Source: Lingula anatina | Taxonomy: Eukaryota; Animalia; Brachiopoda | Assembly: GCA_051362555.1 (NCBI GenBank) | Contig: CM120640.1 | Coordinates: 22,740,225-22,804,224 of the forward strand | Length of the DNA: 64,000 bases | Direction of reading: 5' to 3' | In this document: piece by piece, positions 62,801 to 64,000 of the stretch | Layout: every line of letters begins with the position of its first letter | Numbering within the stretch: the first letter of the stretch is position 1 | Notes under the pieces: model-generated | Databases searched by the model: none | The model's input: only the letters and a program-made list of their open reading frames with translations | What the model was told of the DNA's origin: nothing | Position numbers and translations under genes: made by a program

Positions 62801-64000
62801 CATATTGAAAGGTAAATTTTGCAAGCGCAGCAAAATGTGAAAGAGGAACAACCGACACAATTTATTTTGAAGGAGAAACTGGACATTTCTGGCGTGAATT
62901 AAAGTGGGTAGCATTCAAAGGCCTATGTATCGGCCAGAAAAACATGAATTTTCTTCCGTTTGAAAAAAAAAAAGACAACGAATATTTTTATTTTAATTTG
63001 TCGATCACGTGTTGTTGAATTTCTTCAAAAAAGAACAATTCTTCCAAACATTAAGATTGAATCAGCCATTGAAACAGTCTTACCGCTACTGCTTCTGGAA
63101 TTGCAAATCGTTCCATGGTTTCGGAAATTTCAACAAGTTTGGGGATGTGATCATCGAAGAATGTCAAAGCTTTATTTCGGCCGTCAGTCTGAAAAGGGAA
63201 ATATTTTCCATATTCGTTCCTTTATTTTGTATCGTGCTCAATTTTTTTTAAAGGATACGGCTAAAGAAAACTTTTTGCCTTAAAGTGCCTATCGGTGATA
63301 GGCCTATCAATTTCTTTTCCGTTCGTTTTAACATAAACGGTATTATATCCTTTCGGTATCTGTTTCATTAAAAACTAACAAAATATGTTGATGTTGGCCC
63401 TATAGTGATAAGATCCACAGCAATTAGAAAATTGGCTTTATTATTAAAATATCTAACCTTGTTTTCGTTGTATTTGATATCAGTCATCTGCATATGCAAT
63501 AAAGTAGGGTATCTTGTCATTACGACATAGACTGTTAATGATTGGCATATTAATGGGACAAAATCTCTGTCCTCGGGCTCACTACAAGATCAAAATTTGT
63601 TACTATCAAATATATCTAAACGTAGACAAACCTTTTCCAACAATATGCGGAAACTGCTCACCAATCTTTGCATATATCTCTTGATCAAATCCCGACAAGA
63701 AAAGAAATCTCTGATGTGTGTATTGTGTAATAAAAACGTTATTCCATGCACTTTTATGCCCAGCTTTGTCATACCATTAAATATATATGTCGTTGCTGTG
63801 AAATCTTCTTTAGAAACAGTGAATGACTTCACATTGATCGAACCGTCCCCTTCGTCTCTGTCCAGTTCATGCACCAGTGACTTTCGACATATTTCAAGCA
63901 GACGATCATCTTGGATTTTGAAGTCATTGGCCAACCATGTCCTCATTATTCGAGGACCGCAAATATTGTCCCAACAACTGACAACAACGGCACGAAATAG
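56838..64000 (-). CDS. C9orf72: C9orf72 homologue (longin/DENN-type protein), 5' end beyond the window
   Basis: Exons >64000-63632, 63188-63084, 62608-62471, 59655-59530, 58560-58343, 57990-57933, 57558-57455, 57021-56838, GT-AG and phase-consistent. Collinear matches to human C9orf72 motifs as I recall them: WDNICGPR (WDNILGPR), AIMSHLLTCG..LV.GSS..RINK, TLALF....RRCSRL, CIQGLL, YPTTIVD, ETLV..F..EVFQL and EGDFRIILAQAEKLKPG. Confidence 0.92.
58656..58726 (-). tRNA. tRNA-Gly-GCC: tRNA-Gly(GCC)
   Basis: GCATCGGTGGTTCAGTGGTAGAATGCTCGCCTGCCACGCGGGCGGCCCGGGTTCGATTCCCGGCCGATGCA; full cloverleaf, A and B boxes, downstream TTTT. Confidence 0.97.
58819..58992. mobile_element. Foldback-type MITE with 16-bp subterminal repeats and 8-bp TSD
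   Basis: Units tccgaaggttcattgg on the left and their reverse complements on the right; termini GGGG..CCCC; direct repeat GGACATCC at 58811-58818 and 58993-59000. Confidence 0.85.
60070..60348. mobile_element. MITE with CAG-G/T-GGCGGAT termini (hAT-like)
   Basis: caggggcggatc...tatccgccactg inverted termini with G-rich and C-rich subterminal tracts; no clean TSD. Confidence 0.7.
60433..60505 (-). tRNA. tRNA-Val-AAC: tRNA-Val(AAC)
   Basis: GGCTCCGTGGTGTAGCGGTTATCACATCTGCCTAACACGCAGAAGGTCCCCGGTTCGATCCCGGGCGGAACCA followed by a T7 terminator; one C3:A70 mismatch in the acceptor stem. Confidence 0.92.
60888..61097. mobile_element. Truncated inverted second copy of the 60070-60348 MITE family
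   Basis: cagtggcggat..ggggtcctgacccc..atcacaccaatgg..aaaaccgtaccaaatg is the reverse complement of segments of 60125-60348. Confidence 0.7.
61105..61153 (-). pseudogene. 3'-truncated tRNA-Gly pseudogene
   Basis: GCATCGGTGGTTCAATGGTATAATGTTCGCCTTCCCGCACGGGCGGCCG aligns to the 5' two-thirds of the tRNA-Gly at 58656-58726. The T arm and 3' acceptor strand are missing where the MITE begins. Confidence 0.8.
61161..61486. mobile_element. Non-autonomous CACT-terminus (EnSpm/CMC-like) element with 2-bp TSD
   Basis: TIR CACTCTAAAAA...TTTTTAGAGTG, CT on both flanks, and many internal AACCGA/TCGGTT subterminal motifs. Confidence 0.75.
61834..62011. mobile_element. Palindromic hairpin repeat or MITE with arms of about 60 bp
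   Basis: cggtatatcggaccacactacccgttttcaaggtgtg..tcagatc pairs with gatctgacacaccttgaaaacgggtagtgtggtccgatataccg. Confidence 0.8.

Noticed and set aside
62960-63283. Plus-strand ORFs of 107 and 80 aa
   Set aside because: They are antisense shadows of C9orf72 exon 63188-63084.
56838-64000. GGGGCC hexanucleotide repeat as in human C9orf72
   Set aside because: No such array is visible, and the equivalent first intron would lie beyond the window end.

Overview
AT-rich, intron-rich animal genomic DNA. The repeat types and gene content suggest an invertebrate, probably a lophotrochozoan or mollusc, but this is inference. I assembled the genes by hand from splice sites and codon phase. Left to right: an intronless Mab-21/cGAS-like receptor broken by two 1-nt frameshifts (-); a small GNAT acetyltransferase (-); a 3,978-bp TIR element with a perfect 9-bp TSD in the GNAT/MAPK15 divergent promoter; MAPK15 (+, 12 exons); a mosaic of duplicated promoter-like modules; a Sidestep/nephrin-like 5xIg-FN3-TM receptor (+); a probably GPI-anchored NtA/TIMP-fold-like protein (-); a small PPxY membrane protein (-); a head-to-tail dimer of two apparently identical THAP-DDE (ISL2EU/PIF-Harbinger-type) transposons; SIRT3-like (-) head-to-head with ITFG2 (+); and a C9orf72 homologue (-, 5' end outside the window). 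The C9orf72 introns hold tRNA-Gly, tRNA-Val, a broken tRNA-Gly and several different MITEs. The most unusual items are the transposon dimer with its 7-bp end-to-end junction, the 9-bp-TSD element that duplicates a putative GNAT start codon, the doubly frameshifted cGLR and the MITE-dense intronic tRNA cluster. All family assignments come from remembered motifs; no database searches were run.
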